Positions 1-9,357 are shown, numbered from the stretch's first letter. The stretch is 64,000 nt of DNA from Opitutales bacterium (GCA_018700525.1 JABITN010000188.1:5261-69260), one strand, 5' to 3'. Numbers and translations are program-made. Notes: a model not told the origin generated them from the sequence alone.

Positions 1-441
1 TTCAATCTTACAACTCAAACTGAACTGACCGAAGCGTTTACGTCGTCGACCGAAACCATGACTACCTTGCTAGCATGGATTGCGGCGATTTCGTTGTTCG
101 TTGGGGGTATTGGAGTGATGAATATTATGTTGGTGTCCGTAACGGAACGAACGCGTGAGATTGGGATTCGAGTCGCAGTTGGAGCGCGTGGCTTCGATGT
201 GATGATGCAGTTCTTGATCGAAGCCGTTGTGCTGAGCCTCTTTGGTGGACTGACAGGAATTGCCATGTCCTTCGGTGTGTGCCGAGTGCTTACCGACTTC
301 GCGGGAATGACCACGATCATTCAAACCGACATTATTTTCATATCGCTAGGAGTGTCGGGTCTCATCGGGATATTCTTTGGACTTTTCCCTGCCAAGAAAG
401 CATCCGAACTCGATCCCATCGACGCCCTCAGGCACGAGTAG
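1..441 (+). CDS. MacB/FtsX-family ABC transporter permease, C-terminal fragment (5' end lies outside the window)
   Basis: The frame is open from base 1. It carries the FtsX-domain signature NIMLVSVTERTREIGIRVAVGA. It ends in AKKASELDPIDALRHE, typical of MacB/LolE-type permeases. Confidence 0.9.
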   Translation, partial: FNLTTQTELTEAFTSSTETMTTLLAWIAAISLFVGGIGVMNIMLVSVTERTREIGIRVAVGARGFDVMMQFLIEAVVLSLFGGLTGIAMSFGVCRVLTDFAGMTTIIQTDIIFISLGVSGLIGIFFGLFPAKKASELDPIDALRHE

Positions 442-918
442 GAGGGAGAGTCAGTCTGTCTCTAATCTTTAGGAGCCGGTTTACTCCGCGATTGCTCTAG
501 CATGAATCAATGCGATCATGATCCACACTCATCTTCGTTAACTTTAGGCCTAGAGGGCCGATTCAATCGAATGAATCGGCCGCTATTACCGTTAGAGCCG
601 CGGAGGTTAGCGGATCAGCGACCGACGTTAGAGTCGAGGATGCTTTTGAATTATCGGTCGTCTCGCTGTGGCGACCATGACTGCTAACCATCCCATGCTT
701 TCTCTCCCAAGGTAACGCTTCGCAAGCCCTTTAAAACCATGCCCTGATTCTGCAATATAAAATTAAACCATAATTCTCATCGCATCTGATTAGAGATTGA
801 GCTTAAATGTTTAATAGTGGTTTATTGTTCCCGTTAGGAGGGCTGTTTTCCGTGTGTATTTACCGTTGCCACCGCGGTTGAGTGGCCGGAGAAGACAATT
901 TTCAATAATTTAAAGACA

Positions 919-1398
919 ATGATTGGTGTAAGAACAGGTAAGCTGAAATTTGAAAAGAGATTTACTCTAGACCCAAAATCAGAGGAAAAGGATTTCGATT
1001 CATCGATCGGCAATCCATGGGACGATAAAGACGGAAACCATTGGCGGATCATCGAATTCGAAGGCCGGTTGTGGAAAGGCAATGAATTCTCAATCAGCGC
1101 TGTCTTCAAAAACGGATCGATCGACATGGTTGAGATGATGCAAGTTTCCGGCAGACTAGGGGAGGGATGGGATGACTTCAAAGAAGAGAGCGAGCTCAAG
1201 AGGAAAAAAGTTCACGACGCGATTCTAGACGAGGCACTAGGCGAGAAACGTGATTTCAAGTGGGGCTATGTGGATTCGAATTACGATCGTCGAGTCGGCT
1301 GCGCGACACTTAAGGTACATTATGGGAAAAGACCTGAGCCAAAGCCTGAGCCAGTCGTAGAAAACGTCCAGCCCGGAATCATTAGAGGAAGCTTCTGA
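919..1398 (+). CDS. hypothetical protein (159 aa, no recognisable family)
   Basis: ATG-initiated ORF in an otherwise non-coding stretch with protein-like composition. There is no signal peptide or TM segment. A hairpin follows downstream at 1409-1441. Confidence 0.5.
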   Translation: MIGVRTGKLKFEKRFTLDPKSEEKDFDSSIGNPWDDKDGNHWRIIEFEGRLWKGNEFSISAVFKNGSIDMVEMMQVSGRLGEGWDDFKEESELKRKKVHDAILDEALGEKRDFKWGYVDSNYDRRVGCATLKVHYGKRPEPKPEPVVENVQPGIIRGSF

Positions 1399-1567
1399 TT
1401 CTCGTTTCAATTGCGGACGACCGTCCAGGTTGTCCGCAATTAACCAATTTTCAATGCAGGCTGGGGCTTGCCCCAGATAGTTTGGGAGTATTTTCCATGC
1501 GGTGTACGGGGCAGGCACCAGCCCTAAGCTTTCCGTTAGATCAAACAACAGGCTCTAAAACTGAGAT

Positions 1568-2455
1568 ATGATGATTCGAGAGGACTACATAATGCGGATG
1601 ATCGAGCAGATCGGCGTATTAGTTCGCCGTCTTCTCAAGCAAAGCAACCTCACCGAGGATTGCGTTGAAGCCGATCTTGAGGCTCTCACTCAGCAATGGA
1701 TCGGTTTGCCGGCGGATATGCTGCTATCGCTCCCGGTGAACCACGTTCATCAGCTATTCGTCGACTCGGATCGATTGATCGTCGAAAAGAGCTACCTGAT
1801 GGGTGAGGTTTATCGAGTGAAAGGACTGGGAGCCGAGTCGCTTGAAGCCAAGATTGAGCATTTTGAAAAAGCGCTGTTCTTCTTCGGTAAGTGTGCGGAT
1901 GTCGGCAATCCGAACCTTCAGGAAGAAGTTAATCAGCGAATGAATGAATTGACTGCTGCGGTTGAAGGGAACCCGGGACTCCTCCTAACGAACATCTTGG
2001 ATGAATCGCAAAATTTATCGTATCCCCAGCCATCAGTTGAACGCCCAATAGCAGATAATCGGAAAGCGAAACGAAACGGGGCTATCTTTTGGTATGCGAT
2101 TGTTGCTTCTTTCGCGATTGCTGCGACCTATTCGTTTTTCTTAAGCCATAACGATATTGAGGTCGTTGATCGGGTATGGGAATTCCAAGGAAGCACCGCC
2201 AATACGCGTTTTCGAATAGTAAATAATTCGAACGGCGAACGCCTAGTCTTGCTAAAGCTATCGGTGGAAAACTATTCGAATCAATCCTTTAATTCTGGAT
2301 ACACATTTTTAGGCTCAATCGAAAGAGAATACCGAATTGAGCCAAATTCATCAAAATCTATTGACGAGCGCTTTGATCATTCGAGAAACATGTCCGGACC
2401 CAATCGACTCATATCGATCGAAGTGCTTTCCAGTAAACTCATGGAAGGATCTTAG
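1568..2455 (+). CDS. hypothetical single-pass membrane protein (295 aa)
   Basis: Long ORF with an alpha-helical N-terminal part. It has one hydrophobic segment (AIFWYAIVASFAIAATYSFFL) and a beta-rich C-terminal ~100 aa. A large hairpin plus T-run follows it. Confidence 0.55.
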   Translation: MMIREDYIMRMIEQIGVLVRRLLKQSNLTEDCVEADLEALTQQWIGLPADMLLSLPVNHVHQLFVDSDRLIVEKSYLMGEVYRVKGLGAESLEAKIEHFEKALFFFGKCADVGNPNLQEEVNQRMNELTAAVEGNPGLLLTNILDESQNLSYPQPSVERPIADNRKAKRNGAIFWYAIVASFAIAATYSFFLSHNDIEVVDRVWEFQGSTANTRFRIVNNSNGERLVLLKLSVENYSNQSFNSGYTFLGSIEREYRIEPNSSKSIDERFDHSRNMSGPNRLISIEVLSSKLMEGS

Positions 2456-2488
2456 GTAGGTTTTAGCGCAGTAATTACAATTCCAATA

Positions 2489-2580
2489 CAAGGGTTCTGT
2501 GTTTTGAAACCGCGTGCCCTCGATCGGTTCGTTCTCGAATCGGGGCGAACCGAGCTTGCGGGACCAGAACCCTTGTTTTT
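2489..2580 (+). terminator. compound nested hairpin plus T5; an oversized intrinsic terminator or a small structured RNA
   Basis: The outer stem is a perfect 11 bp, CAAGGGTTCTG (2489-2499) with CAGAACCCTTG (2565-2575). An inner stem pairs CCGC (2510-2513) with GCGG (2558-2561). Another inner stem pairs CGGTTCG (2525-2531) with CGAACCG (2546-2552). TTTTT follows at 2576-2580. The element starts 33 nt after the stop at 2455. Confidence 0.45.
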
Positions 2581-3195
2581 GCGTTAGCTAAAAGCCGAAT
2601 TGGGGGTCCAGTTTCCACTATTAAACACAACCATGCTACAAGACGTCATTCGATTTTAAAGCAGACTAGATTCAAAGAATAGGTTCAAGTTACGAAAGAG
2701 GGTCCAGTCTCGACCCGTCATTTTTCGAGTATGCGACCTACGAATAATTGTGGTTATCGAATTGGATGGATAAGTCTAGCCATAGAACCGACGGCACAAA
2801 GAGATTGGTTTTCATATCAACTTGCCAATCTCTAGAGCGTGCATCTGTTGCACATACAATTGCCAACTGTTACGATTTAATCGCAATCGAAATGGGATAG
2901 CTGGTTCAACGAAATGCATAGCAACCAGTAGTGACACGTTAACTGGAAACGATCTATTTTCCTCAAAATAGGGCTAAAATCAGGGGTAATAGTATTATGT
3001 CTATAAATAGCGATTCTCCGAGCCCGCTTCTTTTCTAACGCACAATAGTCATTATGTCTAATTAATGTGCTGACCTATAATTACTTAATCACAGCTGATT
3101 TTACAGCTCCCCTCCCTGTCCAGCCCATGTTTGCGGGGTTTCTCTTGGTACGATTGAACGTCGCCGCAGTGTTACAGGTTCCTGCAGTTAATATT

Positions 3196-4365
3196 CTAGT
3201 GCAGGAAGCTTCGAACACCGGTGTGCGTAAGCGTCATGTTGTATTCGTTTACGGCTTCGACGATGTAATGGGTCCTTAGGGAACCACCGGTTTCTACGAT
3301 GTGTTGGACGTTCGACCGGTTGGCTCGGTCAATATTATCGCGGAATGGAATGAACGCGTCACTGCCGAGGCAGATGTCCTGGTATTGACGATTCCATTCC
3401 GAGCGCTCGTCAAGACCGATAGGTTCCGGACGCGAATTGAAATTTTGGAGCATCATTGCCTCTTCATTTGCACTGAGCGAGTCCCAGAGCAGAAACTGGT
3501 CTATAAGATTAGTCTTATCGACTTTCTTGAGACCGTCCTTGAAATCCAAGCCTCGTACCTTTGGGTGGCGTTGCAGGAACCACTTATCCGCTTTGTCGGA
3601 AGCTAGGCGCGTGCAATGTATGCGGGATTGTTGACCAGCACCTATGCCGACGATTTGTCCGTCGTAAGCTACGCTAATCGAATTGGACTGCGTGTATTTC
3701 AGTGAAATCGCCGCTACGAGCAATGTCTCGATAGTTTCGTCGGAAATACTCTTGTTTTCGGAGACGACGTTTTTGAGGTCTGCTTTTGTTATGAGACGGC
3801 TGTTGCGGGTCTGTTTTAGGCGAATCCCAAATAGATCACGTTCTTCGATTCCTTCAGGCATGAAATCGTAATCGATCTCGAGAATGACGAAACCGCCCTT
3901 CTTCTTCTGCTTGAGCATTTCGAGTGCTTTGGGTTCGTAACCTGGCGCGATGATCAGATCGCATACTTCCGTCTTCAGGAATCGGGCTAAGCTGACGTCT
4001 ACAATGTCGCTCACTGCGAGTACGTCGCCAAACGAGCATAGGCGATCGCCGCCACGGGCTCGGACGTAGGCGCTGGCTACGGGCGAAAAGTCGGTTGCTT
4101 TAAGGAATTGAGATTCCTTGAATGCGTCGTCGATCGGTTTCGCGATGGCTGCCCCGGCAGGACTGACGTGCTTGTAGGATGCTGCGGAGGCCTTTCCTGT
4201 CGCTTCCTTAAGCTCGCGGACAAGCTGCCAAGAAGTTAGAGCATCAAGCATATTGATGTATCCTGGGGCTCCGTTGAGGATTCTCAGTGGAGACGGGTCG
4301 AGAAGTAGGATAAAGGCTTCTTGTTGATGAGGATTGGTGCCATAACGCAGGGATATCATACTCAA
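3196..4365 (-). CDS. purH: AICAR transformylase-domain protein (PurH-like, lacking the IMP cyclohydrolase domain)
   Basis: The ORF starts directly at SLRYGTNPHQQ, where the AICARFT domain of PurH begins. It contains GIGAGQQSR and SDAFIPFRD, and ends GVRSFLH like PurH. The start is TTG at 4365 or ATG at 4359. Confidence 0.85.
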   Translation of the reverse strand: MSMISLRYGTNPHQQEAFILLLDPSPLRILNGAPGYINMLDALTSWQLVRELKEATGKASAASYKHVSPAGAAIAKPIDDAFKESQFLKATDFSPVASAYVRARGGDRLCSFGDVLAVSDIVDVSLARFLKTEVCDLIIAPGYEPKALEMLKQKKKGGFVILEIDYDFMPEGIEERDLFGIRLKQTRNSRLITKADLKNVVSENKSISDETIETLLVAAISLKYTQSNSISVAYDGQIVGIGAGQQSRIHCTRLASDKADKWFLQRHPKVRGLDFKDGLKKVDKTNLIDQFLLWDSLSANEEAMMLQNFNSRPEPIGLDERSEWNRQYQDICLGSDAFIPFRDNIDRANRSNVQHIVETGGSLRTHYIVEAVNEYNMTLTHTGVRSFLH

Positions 4366-4930
4366 GTGGTAAATGCGCTTTGACTGGAATTGGAAGATTG
4401 AAAATCGGAAATTGGAAAAATCCGGATAATAAAAGCGTTTTCAGGGCGACCGAATAAGGATCTATAGGCAAGTTCACGTGCGTCGATTCAAAGAATTTCT
4501 AAAGATGCGAAGGAGCGATTTTTGGTTTTCAAATATCAAGGATCCGGCTACGCCAGCATTAAGGTTTTCTGAACTTACTGGATTCTCTCTTTCCTCGCTT
4601 TGCCAACGGACTGGCAAAATGAATTCGGATGCCTTCAGGATTATAGCATGCCTGGATCTTGCGCTCGACGGATGCCGTACGAGCCGCATCATAGTTAATT
4701 GGGAGAATCTCGAAGGATTTTTCATCTGTGAGAATCCGATCATTCTGAGAGCAACTTTGTTTGGGATGGCGAAATCCGTCTTATTCGATTTCTCTGATCA
4801 TACTTTATCGAATTTGCGGTCCAAAATTGACAGAGAGTCTGAAACTGTAAGAGTTCACTTTTTTAGGAGTAGCTGCAAAGTGCTTCTAATCTGGACAACG
4901 ACAATAGTGATACCTATAGCGTAATTTCAA

Positions 4931-5461
4931 ATGAGTGATTCCTCTCCCACCTCCCCTTCTAGTAATAATTGCTGCGGCGAAGATGCTTCATCGTTCTTTG
5001 CCTTTTTGATCCTTCGGGCTTGGCTGGGCTTAAGGGCCTTAGTCACCGGCATCGAAAAGTTCTCCGGTACGGTCATGAAGGAAGTTTCGCTCGGCGGCGA
5101 AGACGGCGGATTCGCTATCATAAGTGAGATCAAGGTCAAGGAATACGGGTTTTCTCACTATCACGGAGTACCGCAGCCACTTTATGAAATGCTTGCCGAG
5201 GAGCCGATGATTCCCGGATTCGCCTTGTCTCTCTATAATGGATTGCTTGGGTATATTCTTATCGCTGTGGGGGTTATGATCCTGGCGGGCATCTATTCTA
5301 GGATTGCCCTACTCATTTCCGGTTTAACTTGGGTGAGCCTAACCATGGGACTTATTTTACTTAAGCAAGACGCCGGCATTGCTTGGCTCGGAATGCACGT
5401 CGCTCTAACTGTGGGGGCGTTATTGCTCGTGAAACACAATCGTTTCGAAGCGGTCAAATAA
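4931..5461 (+). CDS. hypothetical integral membrane protein (possibly DoxX-like)
   Basis: 176 aa with about 4 hydrophobic helices. It has an ATG start and sits 27 nt upstream of the next same-strand gene. The DoxX resemblance is weak and rests on topology only. Confidence 0.6.
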   Translation: MSDSSPTSPSSNNCCGEDASSFFAFLILRAWLGLRALVTGIEKFSGTVMKEVSLGGEDGGFAIISEIKVKEYGFSHYHGVPQPLYEMLAEEPMIPGFALSLYNGLLGYILIAVGVMILAGIYSRIALLISGLTWVSLTMGLILLKQDAGIAWLGMHVALTVGALLLVKHNRFEAVK

Positions 5462-5488
5462 CCTATAATCTCAAGTTCCAACAAATCT

Positions 5489-6838
5489 ATGAACACATCT
5501 ACTCCCTCAACGATCTCCGTCGGACGCCGCGAGTTTCTCAAGACGAGCGCTTTAGCGAGCGGCGGTATCCTGCTAGCTCCTTCGATTATGAAGGCTCAGT
5601 CTTCTCCGAACGGAAAAATCAATCTCGCGATTCTAGGCTATGGAAAGCAAGGCGAAGTCCTTACCAATTCCATGCTCCAAATCGAAAACTCGCCGTTTCA
5701 CATCAGCGTGGTTTGCGATATTTGGAAAAACAGCATCGGCAAGTGCCGCAGTGCCTTGCGCAAGGTTAGCCCAGATCTCAAGTGGTACTTCGACTACGAG
5801 GAAATGCTCGCAAATGAGCCTGACCTCGACGCGGTAATAATCGCGACGCCAGATTTCTGGCATGCTCGTCAAACCAACGCCTGTCTCAAGGCTGGGTTGC
5901 ATGTGTATTGCGAAAAGATGATGGCGCGTACGCCTGATGAAGCTCGTTCGATGGTTCGAACAGCGAAGGAAACCGGAAAGTTGCTTCAAGTCGGTCACCA
6001 ACGACGAAGCAATCCACGTTATCTCCACGCTTATCACAATCTCCTGGACAACGCTAATTTGTTGGGTCGTTTCACGACTGCCAATGCTCAGTGGAATCGC
6101 TCCGCAAAGCCGTTTCGCAGCGTAAGTCCGAAGATTGCAGTCGATCAGGCCGTTCTCGAAAAGAATGGCTTCAAGGATATGGAGCAATTCCTTAACTGGC
6201 GGTGGTACCGCGACTTAAGTGGTGGCCCTATTTCGGATCTAGGATCTCACCAGATCGACATTTTCAATTGGTTTTTCGATGCCTTGCCGACAAGTGTTCA
6301 AGCGAGTGGCGGTCACGATTACTACACGGATCGCGAATGGTACGACAACGTGATGGCTATTTTCGAATACGATACGCCTCACGGTCCCGCTCGAGCATTC
6401 TATCAAACCTTGGCGACCACAGGAGCTGGCGGAGGATACTACGAGTACTTCATGGGTGACGAAGGAGCGCTTCGCATGTCGGAGAATCCTGCGTTTACCA
6501 AGATGTACCGCGAATATCGCGAAGAAACTGTCGCGGGCTGGGACAATTTGGCCAAAAAAGGCTTCATTCGCAAGGAAGAGGCTGCCGCTAAAAAAGTGGT
6601 CACTAAGGTCGATGTCCGCGAATCGGCTCCACCTGATGCCTACGAAATCCCAATCGTGCTCAACAAGATGCCGCACACTCCCCACCTCGAGAACTTCTTC
6701 GCAGCCGTCAATGGCAAGGCGAAGCTCAACTCTGATGGAGAGCACACCTTCAAGAGCGAAATGGCCGTATTCCGCGTGAACGAAGCGGTTGCCGCTCGCA
6801 AGACGCTCAATTTCACGAAAGAAGACTACGAGATTTAG
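5489..6838 (+). CDS. Tat-exported Gfo/Idh/MocA-family NAD-binding oxidoreductase (GH109-like)
   Basis: It carries a twin-arginine leader (GRREFLKTSALASGGILLAP). A Rossmann start INLAILGYGKQG follows, then the EKMMA motif. Length and architecture match GH109-type enzymes. Confidence 0.88.
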   Translation: MNTSTPSTISVGRREFLKTSALASGGILLAPSIMKAQSSPNGKINLAILGYGKQGEVLTNSMLQIENSPFHISVVCDIWKNSIGKCRSALRKVSPDLKWYFDYEEMLANEPDLDAVIIATPDFWHARQTNACLKAGLHVYCEKMMARTPDEARSMVRTAKETGKLLQVGHQRRSNPRYLHAYHNLLDNANLLGRFTTANAQWNRSAKPFRSVSPKIAVDQAVLEKNGFKDMEQFLNWRWYRDLSGGPISDLGSHQIDIFNWFFDALPTSVQASGGHDYYTDREWYDNVMAIFEYDTPHGPARAFYQTLATTGAGGGYYEYFMGDEGALRMSENPAFTKMYREYREETVAGWDNLAKKGFIRKEEAAAKKVVTKVDVRESAPPDAYEIPIVLNKMPHTPHLENFFAAVNGKAKLNSDGEHTFKSEMAVFRVNEAVAARKTLNFTKEDYEI

Positions 6839-6896
6839 AAGTCGGAACATTTCGTCAGTAAATTTTTCATACAACTAACTATCACATACTAAAGAT

Positions 6897-7556
6897 ATGA
6901 CTAACAAAATCATTTCTCTCCTCGCATTGAGCGCTTTTGCTACTTCGGCTTTTGCCGATCATCACGGCGAAAAAGCTGCCATTGTAGTTGAATTCCCGCC
7001 ACCGTTTTTGATTGGTACGCCGGTACAGGTTAATCTTCCTCACTTGGAAGATGCTGGTGCCCCCGCTCCGGTCATCATGGCCCCCAAAGGCACGATAAAC
7101 ATTGCCAAGGACAAGGAAGTCACTTCTAGCGATGACTTCCCAATCATCGGCGATCTTAGCTACGCCACAGACGGTGACAAGGAATCGGAAGAAGGCTACT
7201 TCGTTGAGCTTGCTCCTGGACTCCAGTGGATCCAAGTCGATCTCGAGAAATCTTCGACGGTTTACGGTGTTTCGATGTGGCATTTCCACACTCAGAAGCG
7301 TGCGTACAACGACGTTATCCTGCAAATTTCTGATGATGAAGCATTCAAGACAGGCGTAACGACGGTCTTCAACAACGACCATGACAATTCGTCTGGCCTC
7401 GGAAAAGGCGCAGACAAAGCGTACTTGGAAACCAATAAGGGCAAGCTCATCGACGCTCGAGGAATCAAGGGTCAGTACGTTCGTCTATATTCCGCAGGGA
7501 ACACAAGCAACGAAATGAATCACGTTGTCGAAGTGGAAGTCTACGGTACGAACTAA
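6897..7556 (+). CDS. secreted discoidin (F5/8 type C, galactose-binding-like) domain protein
   Basis: A signal peptide (LLALSAFATSAFA) is present. The C-terminal YVRLYSAGNTSNEMNHVVEVEVYG is typical of F5/8 type C domains. A strong terminator follows the gene. Confidence 0.7.
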   Translation: MTNKIISLLALSAFATSAFADHHGEKAAIVVEFPPPFLIGTPVQVNLPHLEDAGAPAPVIMAPKGTINIAKDKEVTSSDDFPIIGDLSYATDGDKESEEGYFVELAPGLQWIQVDLEKSSTVYGVSMWHFHTQKRAYNDVILQISDDEAFKTGVTTVFNNDHDNSSGLGKGADKAYLETNKGKLIDARGIKGQYVRLYSAGNTSNEMNHVVEVEVYGTN

Positions 7557-7575
7557 TTGTTTCGTTCTGTATTTC

Positions 7576-7611
7576 AAACGCGTCCCGAGGTTTGCCTCTG
7601 GACGCGTTTTT
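7576..7611 (+). terminator. rho-independent terminator
   Basis: AAACGCGTCC (7576-7585) pairs with GGACGCGTTT (7600-7609). An inner GAGG/CCTC pairing extends the stem. A T-run ends at 7611. Confidence 0.8.
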
Positions 7612-7842
7612 GTTAGAGACTTGCGAATCGTTTATTCGCATTTGTAATTTCCGTCTACCACTTAACCCCAAAGAGATTGTTTCATAACCAAGAAAATGCT
7701 CTGCCTCAAATGTGCAGGAGCTAGTTCACCCCGCAATTCGTCATTTTTACTTATGCAAATCAACGCAATCGCAAGGTAACCCCGCTTCTGCACTGACTTT
7801 TAGTACAGCCTCTTAGAAACCAGTATTTACCTCTCTCTCATT

Positions 7843-9357
7843 TTGTTTCGTTCCCCGAAAATCAATTCCTACCTCTTTGTCGCCGTCGGGGTCGCCGTGA
7901 TCGCCGCAGGGATGTTTTTGCGTGTGCAGAATGCGGATAGGCGGATTCTTCATTCTGACGAAGCGGTACAAGCTTTCCAATTGTGGGAATTGATGAATAC
8001 AGGGCATTACGAATATGACCCAGTCGATAAGCACGGTCCTTTGCTCTATTATACTTCACTGGTTCTGAACAAAATCACAGGCATCGATGCTTTGGAGCTG
8101 TCCCAGAAGAATGTTCGGCTAGTATCCATTGTAGCCAGTGCGGGATTGCTGTACTTGATTGCGTTTGGTAGCCGTAAGCGGGATCCCGTAGCATTGATGG
8201 CGGCCGCATTGTTCGCCTTATCGCCGCTTCCCGTTATCTATGGAGCTTATTTTGTTCAAGAGGCTCTGTTCGCATTGCTAGGGTTTCTGGCTTTGTATAC
8301 TTTCAGCGATTACTGGAAGAACCCGACCTGCCTCAGAGCTGGCAGATTCGGTTTGTGGGCCGCTGCTCTATTTGCCACGAAAGAGACCGCAGTCGTCCAC
8401 ATATTCGCCCTGTTCGTTGCCACTGTGGTAGTCCAATGGAAGCCTTTCGACCTTGCGGAATGGAAAGTGCGGGCGAGCCTCAAGCCAGTTTCTGTGGCGA
8501 TCGGAGTTTTTATCGCAATTTGGATTTTCTTTTTCACCGCTGCACTGTCTGACTTTGGCCAATTGACCGACAGCTTTAAAGCCTTTATCAATTACGCAGA
8601 TCGCTCTCAAGGACAAGGACACGAGAAATCGATAGCGTATTACAGCTCGTTATTCTGGCCTCGAACAATCGAAGGCGCTCGCTGGGGTGAAGCGCCTTTC
8701 ATCCTCTTGGCGTTCGTTGGGTTTGGCTTGCTCGCGCTCAATAGAGATAAGCGTTCGCGGCACTATCGCCTCAGCGTATTCTATGGCGTCACTTGCTTTG
8801 TCGTCTATTCTCTTATTCCTTACAAGACGCCTTGGCTTATGCTGAGCTCGTATGTTTCGTTCGCTTACGCAGCGGCCTTCGCTCTTAGTCGATTCCTTGT
8901 GCCTCGGAACACTATATGGGTCCGCTTAACGGCTAGTTGCGTCGTTGTTCTCATTTGTTGGCACCAGTATCAGTCTACCAAACTCGCCAATTATTACGCG
9001 GCCGATGCTCGGAATCCTTATCTCTATCAGCATACTTCACCGCAGTTTTCGAAACTGGTTCGGCGAATCGCGGACCTCGAAGCGGTGAATCCAGCCGCCA
9101 AACTCGCAATCGCGGTGGGCGGTGATGATAATGCGTGGCCTTTGCCTTGGTACCTACGCGAGAACCCAACTGTCGGCTACTGGCCTGATCCAGGGCAAAC
9201 TCCGGCTCTGGATGTCGTTATCGGCCCAACAGGAGCTTTGCCTTCATCGCTTTCGGAGACGCACATCGTCGAGTACCACGGTTTGCGGGTAAACATTGTC
9301 CTTGAGTGCTGGATACGAACAGAACTCTGGGATGCGTTTATGAAAACGAGAGAATAA
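7843..9357 (+). CDS. GT-C fold membrane glycosyltransferase (ArnT/PMT-like, TIGR03663-like)
   Basis: 504 aa and polytopic, with more than 10 hydrophobic helices. The loop after TM1 reads RILHSDEAVQA, as in the ArnT/PMT-type families. There is a soluble C-terminal ~130 aa. The TTG start is inferred, because the first ATG would truncate TM1. Confidence 0.75.
   Translation: MFRSPKINSYLFVAVGVAVIAAGMFLRVQNADRRILHSDEAVQAFQLWELMNTGHYEYDPVDKHGPLLYYTSLVLNKITGIDALELSQKNVRLVSIVASAGLLYLIAFGSRKRDPVALMAAALFALSPLPVIYGAYFVQEALFALLGFLALYTFSDYWKNPTCLRAGRFGLWAAALFATKETAVVHIFALFVATVVVQWKPFDLAEWKVRASLKPVSVAIGVFIAIWIFFFTAALSDFGQLTDSFKAFINYADRSQGQGHEKSIAYYSSLFWPRTIEGARWGEAPFILLAFVGFGLLALNRDKRSRHYRLSVFYGVTCFVVYSLIPYKTPWLMLSSYVSFAYAAAFALSRFLVPRNTIWVRLTASCVVVLICWHQYQSTKLANYYAADARNPYLYQHTSPQFSKLVRRIADLEAVNPAAKLAIAVGGDDNAWPLPWYLRENPTVGYWPDPGQTPALDVVIGPTGALPSSLSETHIVEYHGLRVNIVLECWIRTELWDAFMKTRE

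Noticed and set aside
4474-4924. 148-aa plus-strand ORF (GTG start) and an overlapping 89-aa minus-strand ORF in the purH-like/membrane-protein spacer
   Set aside because: Both strands are similarly open. The translations are Cys/Trp/Arg/Phe-rich with no family resemblance and no IMPCH-like sequence. I treated the stretch as a non-coding divergent promoter region, though a small real gene cannot be excluded.
4366-4930. Possible ZTP (pfl) riboswitch upstream of the purH-like gene
   Set aside because: ZTP riboswitches commonly precede purH. I could not find the conserved 3' element (CCGCCUGGGC-like) on the minus strand. The closest string, CGGTCGCCCTGA, does not fit. Only an Rfam scan could settle this.
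6239-6874. 211-aa ORF on the minus strand
   Set aside because: It lies almost wholly antisense to the strongly supported Tat-exported Gfo/Idh/MocA gene (5489-6838). It resembles no family and has the Arg/His/Val-rich composition typical of antisense frames.
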